From: a virus
UHGV virus genome: UHGV-0312576
Strand: one strand, 5' to 3'
Length of the DNA: 64,000 nucleotides
Positions 36,652 to 46,201 of this stretch are shown here, piece by piece. The first letter of the stretch is position 1; each line of letters opens with the position of its first letter. The notes below the pieces were generated by a model, which was not told the DNA's origin, ran no database searches, and was given only the letters and a program-made list of their open reading frames with translations. The position numbers were made by a program, and so were the translations under genes.

Positions 36652-37161
36652 TTAAAAACCGTTTTTAAGTTTTTCTTTGTACACCTCATTGATTACTTCC
36701 ATTGAGGTTGTAACTTGACCATTGCTTAGATTATGAGCTTCTAATATATTCTCGTATTTCTCATAAATAGATAACACATGGTCAAATTGCTCTTTACTAT
36801 ACTTCCTGCCAGCTGAGATAGCTGAAGCAAAATCAAGGATTTCCCAACGTTGGTCATCTATTTCTTTATCAATAAACATTTTCTTTAAGATTTCCAAATC
36901 TTCTTTAATCGCTTTATCATGACTAATAGATTGTCGTACATCCTCTTCATGCTTGTCCTGTAAGGCATTTAACTTCGTTGAAGTCGCAATCAGTAATTCA
37001 TGGTCTTGATTTTTACGTTGTACCCACTTTAGGGGTCTACCAATAATCTCAGAAAATTTTCCAATGATATTGAACATTGCGATAATACCAGACATTACAA
37101 TAAAAATGCCTATTACTAAAGCTGTTATATCTTGATTAAATAAAGTTTGTATTGCTTCCAT
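36652..37161 (-). CDS. membrane protein downstream of the endolysin (lysis-associated?)
   Basis: 169 aa; one N-terminal TM helix (ITALVIGIFIVMSGIIAMFNIIG); last gene of the lysis block. Confidence 0.35.
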   Translation of the reverse strand: MEAIQTLFNQDITALVIGIFIVMSGIIAMFNIIGKFSEIIGRPLKWVQRKNQDHELLIATSTKLNALQDKHEEDVRQSISHDKAIKEDLEILKKMFIDKEIDDQRWEILDFASAISAGRKYSKEQFDHVLSIYEKYENILEAHNLSNGQVTTSMEVINEVYKEKLKNGF

Positions 37162-37176
37162 TCATAAAAATCCTCC

Positions 37177-38088
37177 TTACTCAACTAAATTATATTTCAT
37201 TAAATCTGGAGAAGGAGTATTCCACTGCGGTTCATAAACGCCACCTTCATTTACCCAATAGTAAATATTCAGATTTGGATCTTTGGATTTTATGTAAGCA
37301 GATTTAGCCATTGAACCATCAGAAGTGAGATAGTATTGATTGCCTTTATACTCAATCCATTGACTGGAATACATATAACAATCTGGTCCGAACCAAAACC
37401 AATTTCCTTCGTATTCATACCAGGCATTTGAGATTGCATGACCAGCCGCATCAAACCAGCTCCAGCGGCCATTAGAGTCCTTATACCAGTCATTCTTTAC
37501 ATAGTCCCCAGTATCTCCAAGATAGAATTTCCATCCTCCATCTTCCTGATACCATCCAGTTTTGTTCTCGCTGCCGTCATCCTGGATGAATCGCTTGACA
37601 CAAACAAGCCCTTTCCTCCAACCACCAGAAGCCCAGGAACTATATCTGCTTTTACAATAAGCATCCATATTCTTATAGGATGGTACGCCGCTGCCATGAC
37701 CACTAATAATCCAGTTTCCGTTAGAATCTTTGTGATGAACCATCTCAACATGACCGATCCGCTTTGGCCTGGATGAGTCAGAACCTGCAAATAGTAACAT
37801 ATCACCAGGTCGCAGAATTTCCGGATTCTGTATAATACCATTCTTTATAATTACTTCTACAAACGTAAACTTGTTAGAATTATACATGCCGGCAGTATTT
37901 AGTACTCCAAAACTGTCACCAGCTTCTTTATAGGAATATGAGATGGAGGAACTACAATCAGAGTAGTAATTTCCATCTTTATATTTTCTGAAGCAGTAAT
38001 CACGTAAATTTTGGTTGTAGAAATTACGACCGATGATAGTAGCATACTTGTCAACTACGTTTTGCCTTCTATGTTTTGATGTTGCCAT
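37177..38088 (-). CDS. endolysin: NlpC/P60-family peptidase with C-terminal cell-wall-binding repeats
   Basis: Cys (YYSDCSSSISYSY) and His (GHVEMVHH) spaced as in NlpC/P60. The C-terminal half consists of aromatic GW/YW repeats (GWYQEDGGWKFYLGDTGDY, DWYKDSNGRWSWFDAAGHA...). Confidence 0.65.
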   Translation of the reverse strand: MATSKHRRQNVVDKYATIIGRNFYNQNLRDYCFRKYKDGNYYSDCSSSISYSYKEAGDSFGVLNTAGMYNSNKFTFVEVIIKNGIIQNPEILRPGDMLLFAGSDSSRPKRIGHVEMVHHKDSNGNWIISGHGSGVPSYKNMDAYCKSRYSSWASGGWRKGLVCVKRFIQDDGSENKTGWYQEDGGWKFYLGDTGDYVKNDWYKDSNGRWSWFDAAGHAISNAWYEYEGNWFWFGPDCYMYSSQWIEYKGNQYYLTSDGSMAKSAYIKSKDPNLNIYYWVNEGGVYEPQWNTPSPDLMKYNLVE

Positions 38089-38091
38089 AAA

Positions 38092-38406
38092 TTACTCCTT
38101 CTTATGTTCTGTATCTACGCCAAGAATTTTACCTAATGAGATGACTGATTTACTTACGTAAATTACAATTGCTGAGTTCATGATAAACTGTGGCGTCACT
38201 CCGATAGAAGATAAGTCAGTTGAGTCGAAGCAATATGCAGTCCCAACAAACATACCACATATGATTAGCGCCTTAATAACACCATTTACCAGTTTCTTCA
38301 TATCAAATGATAAGTCTTTTGTTCCGATATTGTAATATAAGCCTGCGCCTATATTCATAAGGATTGCGACTGCCAATATAGGTAGTGTTCTTATGATTTC
38401 ATCCAT
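38092..38406 (-). CDS. holin
   Basis: 104 aa; 3 predicted TM helices and a charged C-terminus (DTEHKKE); immediately upstream of the endolysin. Confidence 0.55.
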   Translation of the reverse strand: MDEIIRTLPILAVAILMNIGAGLYYNIGTKDLSFDMKKLVNGVIKALIICGMFVGTAYCFDSTDLSSIGVTPQFIMNSAIVIYVSKSVISLGKILGVDTEHKKE

Positions 38407-38734
38407 ATATTATCCTTTCTTTGATCCTGGAGAGTAGGAGACTTGACTGGCTATTGCACATACGCTGAGTGTCATGTACTCACAGTTACGTTATCTACTT
38501 TTACGCTCATTATCTTGAACAACCATAAAAAATCTTATTGATTCTTATAAAAATTTTTCAAAGCATCAAACAGTCTGTAATTTTTGTGATACTTCCAAGT
38601 TGTGATTCCATTTTCAGTCTTTATAAAAGTATAAGGAATCCCACATTCCTTCAAATAAAGATACTCTAGCGACCATTGGGTCGAATACTCTTTGTCAAAT
38701 TTTATCTTATTATTGATACCTACACCTCTATTCT

Positions 38735-38792
38735 ATATGGTAAAAAAATAGGGACATAACGTACTTGTGATGGATTACAAGTGGTTATATCC
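38735..38792 (-). terminator. rho-independent terminator candidate
   Basis: On the minus strand, directly after the stop of ORF 38793..39107, there is a nested hairpin: AATAGGGA ... TCCCTATT, with inner ACTTGT ... ACAAGT. It is followed by TTTTTTT. Confidence 0.45.
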
Positions 38793-39107
38793 CTATTCCT
38801 CATTATCCATCACTAAATTTTCATTATTCTTCTTTTGTATTCGATTTTTAATAGATTCCTTGGCTTTCTCTTTGTCATATTCTTCTTTAGAAACGACGGT
38901 ATAGTTTCCTTTATTAAATTGAATATATGCAAAATGTTTAATTGATTTATTAGTTGGAATCTGAATTTTTTTGTCATCAAATAATACTACAGAAACTTTA
39001 TCGTTTCGAGTAATTACGTTACATTCTTTTATCATATAGACCTCGCAAGAAGAGGGCATGTTACAGCCCTCTTGTATGAATTTATTCGGTTTCGTCTGTA
39101 AGCTCAA
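38793..39107 (-). CDS. hypothetical protein (tail assembly region)
   Basis: 104-aa ORF; position only. Confidence 0.3.
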   Translation of the reverse strand: MSLQTKPNKFIQEGCNMPSSCEVYMIKECNVITRNDKVSVVLFDDKKIQIPTNKSIKHFAYIQFNKGNYTVVSKEEYDKEKAKESIKNRIQKKNNENLVMDNEE

Positions 39108-39849
39108 TCATGTCAAGAACATCACCGTTCTCATCTACCAATGCGTCACAAGTTATTGTGATTTCGGCTGGATCACCGTCAGACGAGAAAGAAAGCTCCA
39201 GATTTCTCTGAGGACTTGCTTTGTAAGCAGTGATTCTCATTGGAACCAATTCGCCGTTTTCGTTCTTATCTAAGGTGGACATCTGAATAAAGAAGTCCTT
39301 TGGAATCTTCTTATTGTTAAAGGATACCTTCTGAACACCAGAAGTCTTTTCCTCTAAATATCCAACAATGTATGAAGTGCCTACAGCAATCTCAGAATCA
39401 GTTGTAGCAGTAAATACTTTATCAGCTAATGTACCTTCAATAGATTTGCCACCAAAATCACCTTCGGCGTAAACGAATACAGTGCCGACAATCGGAGCAT
39501 TGGGAAGTGTTATCTTTCCTGCCTCAGTAGCTGCAATTACTTCCTTTCTTGTCAGAATTGCTTTGGTTTCGATTTCACCATCACTTAACATTGCATACAT
39601 TCTAAATGGATGTACTTGGAATGTCATAGAGATAGTTCCTTCAAGTGGGTTGTCAAATTTAATACATTTTCCACCCTTTTTATTTGCGTATACGGCATCA
39701 CTTGAAAATCCCATAGTAGTAGTGTTACAAAAGTCAGCATACATCCAAGGCTGTTTTGTCTTATAATCTCTAATATCAAGATCACAGCATTGTCTATTCG
39801 CCATATTAATATCTGCCATTAAAATTCCTCCATAAAATAAAAAATCCAC
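39082..39849 (-). CDS. major tail protein-like
   Basis: 255 aa; last large gene of the structural block before the lysis genes; acidic C-terminus; assignment by position and size. Confidence 0.4.
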   Translation of the reverse strand: MDFLFYGGILMADINMANRQCCDLDIRDYKTKQPWMYADFCNTTTMGFSSDAVYANKKGGKCIKFDNPLEGTISMTFQVHPFRMYAMLSDGEIETKAILTRKEVIAATEAGKITLPNAPIVGTVFVYAEGDFGGKSIEGTLADKVFTATTDSEIAVGTSYIVGYLEEKTSGVQKVSFNNKKIPKDFFIQMSTLDKNENGELVPMRITAYKASPQRNLELSFSSDGDPAEITITCDALVDENGDVLDMIELTDETE

Positions 39850-39874
39850 TGTTTGTACAGTGGTTGGTTTATAG

Positions 39875-40678
39875 TTACATATTGAGTTTTTTAATAAACC
39901 CCATAGGGTTATAATCTGAATACTTTTTGTACGAAAAGGTATTAGCAGCCATCATATCATTAAAATCGTGTTGACGTCCGTTTAAATATTCATTAAACAT
40001 GGATATAAACTGGTAGTATGTCATATCCCAAACATTGAGAATATTGATTCCGACTTTATTATGAGTACAGTATTTACGTATCATATTATCAAGAGTATAA
40101 TTCCCATCCATACTCTTTTTCTTTTTACTTTTTAAAGCATTTTCTCGAAAACGATTAAACATTGTTTGCGCAAGCTTTTCTGTCCCTTTTGCGAATTTGG
40201 GTTTTTCTTCCTCAAAGGAATTCATACTCAATAGACATCTCAATTCGCTACGAAAAGTATCGAAATTATCCTCCCCAATATGTCCAATAATTCGCTTTTG
40301 ATTAGACACGCTAGATTCATTTTTTACTTGATAATAATTAAAGACATCTATGCGATTCATGTCTTGATTGAATTCGATTTCATCCAGTATAAAAAAATTT
40401 ATCATTGAAAAGAGGATACTAGGGTTGTCATAAAGAAGTATTCTGAATAAAGAAATGTCCTCTCTTAGTTTGTCATTTGACCCATCAAAAGTGGTTTTAA
40501 AGGATTTTAAATATGATTCGAGTGTCATATCTAAGATATTTTGAAATAAGGCAAATACTTTAAATGTGATGGTGCGGATGTCTCTTAAGGTAGGACACTT
40601 AACAGTACCTATTCCATCAATGTAAAAAGGCTCATTACACAGATAATCAAAATTTGTATATAAACTTATTACTATCAC
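39875..40678 (-). CDS. hypothetical structural protein
   Basis: 267-aa ORF. Confidence 0.35.
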   Translation of the reverse strand: MIVISLYTNFDYLCNEPFYIDGIGTVKCPTLRDIRTITFKVFALFQNILDMTLESYLKSFKTTFDGSNDKLREDISLFRILLYDNPSILFSMINFFILDEIEFNQDMNRIDVFNYYQVKNESSVSNQKRIIGHIGEDNFDTFRSELRCLLSMNSFEEEKPKFAKGTEKLAQTMFNRFRENALKSKKKKSMDGNYTLDNMIRKYCTHNKVGINILNVWDMTYYQFISMFNEYLNGRQHDFNDMMAANTFSYKKYSDYNPMGFIKKLNM

Positions 40679-41205
40679 CTCTTTGATTTGAAATCTGGAA
40701 TGGTAAAAATCATTTGCCTACCATAGAACTGCTTATTTGATGAACTTATATATGTAGCAGAATCCAAATGAAGTTTTCCTATTCCAAATTTTTGTGAATC
40801 AGACAGTGCTCTTTCAACCGCATCAGCCAAAATATCGGCTTTAGTGCCGAGATAACCTTTCTTAGAATATCTCATACTGCTTTTATTACAATAAGCCCAT
40901 ACAATTATCTTCATGTCCTTTATTGTTCCTGTTGGTATTCTGGGTACATCTACCTCGAAACACAAATATGAGAGCACCTCTGTTTGAGTCTCATCTATAT
41001 AAAGAGTAGGGAAGACTTGCTTATAAACTATCCCATAATCATCGTCATCCTCATCGTTTCCCCAGACTTGTTCTTCTGTATATCCTTTACCAAGTAAAAT
41101 CTCCATAATATCATCTGAATTTAATAAAAGGGGTAAAATGCGATTTTTTACAAGTCCAATATCTTTTAATACTGTTTCTGGCATTAGTACCTCCTTATAA
41201 TCCAT
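40675..41205 (-). CDS. hypothetical structural protein
   Basis: 176-aa ORF; overlapping start and stop. Confidence 0.35.
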   Translation of the reverse strand: MDYKEVLMPETVLKDIGLVKNRILPLLLNSDDIMEILLGKGYTEEQVWGNDEDDDDYGIVYKQVFPTLYIDETQTEVLSYLCFEVDVPRIPTGTIKDMKIIVWAYCNKSSMRYSKKGYLGTKADILADAVERALSDSQKFGIGKLHLDSATYISSSNKQFYGRQMIFTIPDFKSKR

Positions 41206-42223
41206 CTATAATCGAAATTTCAACTTTGGTAACAATAATATCATCAACAGACACAGATAATAAAAAAGAACAGTCAATTAACTGTTCATCGTCCACTTTC
41301 AATTGTATTCGCTGGCCATCTATCACTTGTTTAACAGTGTACTCACTATCAACTTTCCACTGAAAGTTCTGGTCTATAATTTCATTGCCATCCTGGTCAA
41401 TAAATATAACATTCCATGACTTAGCCCTTCCGCATCGTAGCGTATTACCGCCCGCGATCACAGCCGATAAATCTGTCGTTTCATCTGGAACTGGCGGTTC
41501 TGGCGATGGGGTAGGAGAGTGGTAGTCACAAATCCTCAGTTCCTGATTATCAGTAATCGGATTTAACTCAGTTTTATCTGCTATAAAACTTAGGATACCA
41601 CCATGCGAATCACCGTAGTCATATAAAATATCATCACTGCGGGTAACTTTATATACTTTTGTTGGGGTGGTTTTATGCTTATCAATAAAAACCCGCTTAC
41701 CATCTAATTCCAATACTAGTTCATCATCAGGAAGTAGTAATGCAAATGTATTAGATGATAATGTTATTGTACTATTCCCATTTTCACCCATATCATATTT
41801 TGATGCTGAAGTTCCATTGCACCATCGTTCAATGATGTCACCAGACGAATTTTGCCATCTAAGTTTATATTGGCATAAAACCATTGTGGCTTTTTCGTAG
41901 ATACCGTTAGTTCCTGGATAGCCTGTGATTAACCAATATCTATCTTCAAAATATATATACATTCCGGCTTTTACCGTGCCACAACTGAACAACCCAACTC
42001 GTTCCATAGACTTAAGCTGAGTATCAGCCGTGTTCCCTTGTATAACGCAACGTATTATACTGGAGCTTGAAAGGTCACTATTATAAAGTATTACATTGGA
42101 CGCAATATCTGTTTGAAGCATTTCATAAAAAGCATCATCTTTATAGTCGATGAATGATTCATTCTCGTACCCTCCTGTTATATTTGGCCTTGTATCAGGC
42201 ATTAAAAGATACCATTCCTGCAT
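41195..42223 (-). CDS. hypothetical structural protein
   Basis: 342-aa ORF. Confidence 0.35.
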   Translation of the reverse strand: MQEWYLLMPDTRPNITGGYENESFIDYKDDAFYEMLQTDIASNVILYNSDLSSSSIIRCVIQGNTADTQLKSMERVGLFSCGTVKAGMYIYFEDRYWLITGYPGTNGIYEKATMVLCQYKLRWQNSSGDIIERWCNGTSASKYDMGENGNSTITLSSNTFALLLPDDELVLELDGKRVFIDKHKTTPTKVYKVTRSDDILYDYGDSHGGILSFIADKTELNPITDNQELRICDYHSPTPSPEPPVPDETTDLSAVIAGGNTLRCGRAKSWNVIFIDQDGNEIIDQNFQWKVDSEYTVKQVIDGQRIQLKVDDEQLIDCSFLLSVSVDDIIVTKVEISIIDGL

Positions 42224-42233
42224 TTGAAGCCTC

Positions 42234-42626
42234 CTATATTAGTGCAGTTGGTAATTGATTACCAACCATTTCTCGTGCCTTTTCTCCAACATATTCTAGG
42301 TGCGATTTTTCGGCAGTCTTGGCACCATTGCTTCCATCTATACTTATATCGTTTCCGACTATACTGATTCGCTTATTTGCCAAAGATACTTGTCTCTCTT
42401 GATAATATTCCTTCATAAAGACAGACAGAGTATCCATAATATAACTATCAAGTTCTGTGTCAAATTCTAATAGTTCTTTATCGAAATTCAATGGGTCAAG
42501 TTCAATAGAATATCTTCCTATCGCTTTTTCTAACCAAACCATCTCAAGAGATTCGGGAATTACGTGCTTATCAACAAAGCTTGATTCAAAAAATCTGATA
42601 ATATCAGAAGCCGTTGTGTTTCCCAT
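42234..42626 (-). CDS. head-tail connector-like protein
   Basis: 130 aa; position after the capsid gene. Confidence 0.3.
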   Translation of the reverse strand: MGNTTASDIIRFFESSFVDKHVIPESLEMVWLEKAIGRYSIELDPLNFDKELLEFDTELDSYIMDTLSVFMKEYYQERQVSLANKRISIVGNDISIDGSNGAKTAEKSHLEYVGEKAREMVGNQLPTALI

Positions 42627-42644
42627 CGAATCACCTCATTTCTA

Positions 42645-43139
42645 TCATGGCTTTATTCCTGTGTATTCAATGCAGAAGGCAATCTTGTTATAGTCATTAA
42701 TACCCATATCTTTAACTTCACTCATAAGAAAAGCCATTTCTGCTCTAGTGACAATACTTTTCTTAATATTATCTTCGAAAGCCTTTTGCGTTTTCAAATC
42801 AAAAATTCGCTTGATTTCTTCATTTGTCAGGACATTCTGCTTACTGTTTTCCTGGTCAAAACTTAATTCATTTCTAGTATAATTATCATCAATATACCAT
42901 GTTGCATGACTGCCTAATCCATCAAGTCCAGTTAGTAACTTATTTCCATTCTGTGCCTGCGCAATAATTTCCTCACGAGTTAATAGCACGGTCCCTTTGG
43001 GCGGAATACTAATATCACCTATTGTAGTTTTCCTTTGTGCTCCGGTAGCCCATGTAGCGATGCTTTTCACTGTCACTTTCTTATCTAATCGGATTTCTTC
43101 TTTTTCAGTTGTAACTCCAGCCAAAATACATACCTCCAT
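42645..43139 (-). CDS. hypothetical head-tail protein
   Basis: 164-aa ORF. Confidence 0.3.
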   Translation of the reverse strand: MEVCILAGVTTEKEEIRLDKKVTVKSIATWATGAQRKTTIGDISIPPKGTVLLTREEIIAQAQNGNKLLTGLDGLGSHATWYIDDNYTRNELSFDQENSKQNVLTNEEIKRIFDLKTQKAFEDNIKKSIVTRAEMAFLMSEVKDMGINDYNKIAFCIEYTGIKP

Positions 43140-43393
43140 ATCAACTATTTTAAATATTTATCAATTAATCGAATGTTTTACTTGCTTATATAATGCAATT
43201 ACTTTATCTAATTTTTTTGATTTTTCGAACACATAATACCTACATTTTGTATTGCTGTTAACACCAATGTTTAAGTATTTGATATCAAAAGCAGCAATAA
43301 AGTGATACATTTTCTTTGAATAGCAATAAAAGTAATTACTCATTTTTCACCATGATTTATAGTAGGAGAGTGCAAAAGCACCCTCCTATAAAA

Positions 43394-44488
43394 TTATATA
43401 GTAGTTAAATTTGTATCTCCGAGCAGTCCGATCATATACTCTCTATTGGGAGCTACTAAGGCACCTACTTCTAAATCGAACCTGGAGATAAGCTGACCAG
43501 TAGTGACCTCTTTACCACTCATGGAAGTAAGTCCACCACGAGTAACAGTGTAAATAGGAGACTGGCCGCCAGTAGGAATTACATAACCAATACCAGTAGG
43601 AAGCATTGTGGAAAAGTTAGTACCATCTGCGTTCAGATGATACAAATCATATTCATTGGGAATTTCAGATAAAACAGAGCCATTATACATACCCATAAGC
43701 CCAGTAGTATGAATCTCATTCATAACTGCTTCAGAAATGCCATTAACAGAAGGGGTGACACCAGTATATCCAGCAAAACCATTAAACTGAGAAATCAGTG
43801 CATAATCACCAGAAATAGTTGGCTTACCAAAACGCCTTACATTGCTGATTACCCCGTCAACACCAGTCTTGGTAAGACCAGCGCCTTCAAAGAAATACTT
43901 CACTCCATCTGCATTCTTAATGGCATTATAGATTGTTTCAATAACGTACTTTGCAGCCTTATTCCTAATCTGCACACGGACCTGATCCTGTAATTCATTT
44001 TCGTCAGACATATCACCAAGTGCTGCTTTTCTATAATCAACAGCATAACCGCCAGAAATAGTAGTAGTAGCGATTGGCTTTCTTTCCTTTCTGATTACAG
44101 GGAAAGTAACATCCTGCCCTAACGCCTGCATGTTGGCGTTGATATTGGCAAATACAGGAATCTCAATTTCGCAAGATTCGTTATATCCGATAGCTTTATA
44201 ATTTCCGTAAATACCCAGAAGCTTGATTTCTTTCATCAGAACAGGCTCCATAGCGAATCTACGAAGTTCATTCAATTCAGAAATGGCCGTGCTGTCACCA
44301 CTGGATGCCTTGGAATTCAGTTCCATAATATACTTCGCAGCAACATCTGCCTTTTTCCCATAAGGAGCTAACTCCTTACCATCCCTCATCGCAGAAAAAA
44401 TCTCAACAACTGCTGATTTGCCATTAATCTTGCCGCTCACAAAATCAGCATCTTTACGTGCATTATTAAGTTCAATAATATAAGACAT
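43394..44488 (-). CDS. major capsid protein
   Basis: 364 aa; position (TerL, portal, scaffold, MCP order); Gly/Ala/Thr-rich composition typical of HK97-fold capsid proteins. Confidence 0.55.
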   Translation of the reverse strand: MSYIIELNNARKDADFVSGKINGKSAVVEIFSAMRDGKELAPYGKKADVAAKYIMELNSKASSGDSTAISELNELRRFAMEPVLMKEIKLLGIYGNYKAIGYNESCEIEIPVFANINANMQALGQDVTFPVIRKERKPIATTTISGGYAVDYRKAALGDMSDENELQDQVRVQIRNKAAKYVIETIYNAIKNADGVKYFFEGAGLTKTGVDGVISNVRRFGKPTISGDYALISQFNGFAGYTGVTPSVNGISEAVMNEIHTTGLMGMYNGSVLSEIPNEYDLYHLNADGTNFSTMLPTGIGYVIPTGGQSPIYTVTRGGLTSMSGKEVTTGQLISRFDLEVGALVAPNREYMIGLLGDTNLTTI

Positions 44489-44507
44489 ACTCTTTATCCT
44501 CCTTCAA

Positions 44508-44936
44508 TTAAGCGTTGGTTGTGGTGTATTCAACAAGAGCACCAACCTTTTTACCACAAGCAACAATGACATCGTTTATTTCGAAATAAGTACCAGTAGC
44601 GTCCGCCTTCACCTCAAGAGTTCCGTCTGCTTTTGAAACGAGCTTATCGCCCTTTGCATATGTAGAAGGTAATGGATATCCATAGATTTCAAATTTCTTA
44701 ATCTTAGTTAAATCACCTACCCTAACATGGGAACCCTTGGAAATTACATACTCAGGCATGTCTGCATCATCACCAACTTCAATATTCATAATTGCTTTAG
44801 TTGCAGTTGCCGCAGGTGTAAATTTTTCTGCATCAACGCTGCCGAATGTACCATTATTCATCGCTGTATCAATAACTGCATCCTCAAACGGATATTCACC
44901 GTGCTCAATCTGGCCAATACTGTTAAATTTAATCAT
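44508..44936 (-). CDS. head decoration-like protein
   Basis: 142 aa, between the scaffold and the MCP. Confidence 0.3.
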   Translation of the reverse strand: MIKFNSIGQIEHGEYPFEDAVIDTAMNNGTFGSVDAEKFTPAATATKAIMNIEVGDDADMPEYVISKGSHVRVGDLTKIKKFEIYGYPLPSTYAKGDKLVSKADGTLEVKADATGTYFEINDVIVACGKKVGALVEYTTTNA

Positions 44937-44955
44937 TCCAATAATCCTCCCTTAA

Positions 44956-46173
44956 TTAAAAAATGTTGATGTCTTCATCTGATACAGAATCTTCTATACT
45001 CATTTCCGAAAAGATATCTTCAACATCAACTTTGTTATTCTTGTTACTATTCTGTTCTGCAATTCTAAGCTCTTCTGCCTTTGAAGCCTGTCCGATTCCG
45101 GCGTAGATTTTAGATAAAATATTTTCTACATTTCCTTCAATCGGGTTTTCATTAAAGGAATTAATTTCAACCTCGGCATATTTGCGTTCATCATCGGTAA
45201 AACCGGAAATAGCAGTGTTTAGTTCTCCTAGTCTAGCTTTAGCCTTTAGTTCACCCAATTCCTTTTCAAGCGCCTCACGTTCTGCCCAATAAGATTCACA
45301 CTCTTTCTTTAAATCATCCAATGCTTTCTGTACCTGTTCAACAGTTGCATTTAACTCAACTATTTTTGCATCCTTATCAGTAATTAAAGACTCCTTTTCT
45401 GAAAGCTGCTCATTGAGTTCTGAAATCTGGGTTGTAAATTCCTTTTCTTTGCTATTAAGCTCTGAAATAGTAGTCTGAATTGCAGACTTGACTTCATTCA
45501 TATCAAATTCCATATTTGATTTTTCCTCCTTATTTCCTTTTGAATTATTTAGTTCTAATAGTGTAGAAGATGGGTCTGCCGGATTAATAACCATATCCCA
45601 GCCAGAATGGATGTATTCTGTTGGAATCCTACCTTTCTCTATCCATCCCTTTTTATAGATGATTTCCTTATTGTTTTTTGTCCTGAAAATTTCAATACTT
45701 CCATCTATAGAACCGCCATTTTGTAATTGTTCATGTAAAGAACTTACAAACGCAGGGTAGCACATCTCATCAAGAGTTCCTTTAGCGCAAACACAGCGCT
45801 TGACCTCTCCATTTATTACAACATCATCTATATATCCTTCCGTGCAATGTCCAACAACAGTGGCATTTTCAAATACTGGTAATCCATCAGATATACCAGT
45901 GTCCCCATGTCCGGATATCATTGTTCTGTCCTCATCAATAAACTCAACACGAACGCTCATATCTTTGATACTGTCAAGCGTATTAGCGGCATATTCCTCA
46001 AGAAATGTAATTCCATTCTTGTTATATTTAGTTCCGACATCATCTACTACACAATCAGGAGGTTGTAACTCGTATAATGTAGCTACAAACGGCCTTCGAC
46101 CATTTTTATATTGTTCAGACGATAATTCAAAAACAGCCATTTCGACCTCCTTCCTATAATAAAAAAGAACCAA
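44956..46173 (-). CDS. scaffold protein with N-terminal protease-like domain
   Basis: 405 aa. The C-terminal 150 aa form a strong coiled coil (ELNEQLSEKESLITDKDAKIVELNATVEQVQKALDDLKKE...). The N-terminal globular domain carries His/Ser candidates (HGDTGISDG). Confidence 0.45.
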   Translation of the reverse strand: MVLFYYRKEVEMAVFELSSEQYKNGRRPFVATLYELQPPDCVVDDVGTKYNKNGITFLEEYAANTLDSIKDMSVRVEFIDEDRTMISGHGDTGISDGLPVFENATVVGHCTEGYIDDVVINGEVKRCVCAKGTLDEMCYPAFVSSLHEQLQNGGSIDGSIEIFRTKNNKEIIYKKGWIEKGRIPTEYIHSGWDMVINPADPSSTLLELNNSKGNKEEKSNMEFDMNEVKSAIQTTISELNSKEKEFTTQISELNEQLSEKESLITDKDAKIVELNATVEQVQKALDDLKKECESYWAEREALEKELGELKAKARLGELNTAISGFTDDERKYAEVEINSFNENPIEGNVENILSKIYAGIGQASKAEELRIAEQNSNKNNKVDVEDIFSEMSIEDSVSDEDINIF

Positions 46174-46201
46174 TTAAATTTTGGCTCCCTAATATATATC
46201 A

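Noticed and set aside
36321-36668. Track ORF 36321..36668 (plus, 115 aa) as a protein-coding gene
   Set aside because: Odd composition, no RBS, and it overlaps two short peptide ORFs that have better start contexts. Probably non-coding.
44727-46159. Plus-strand ORFs within the head genes (44727..44969, 44737..44955, 45800..46159)
   Set aside because: Antisense to the scaffold and decoration genes, with repetitive composition. Spurious.
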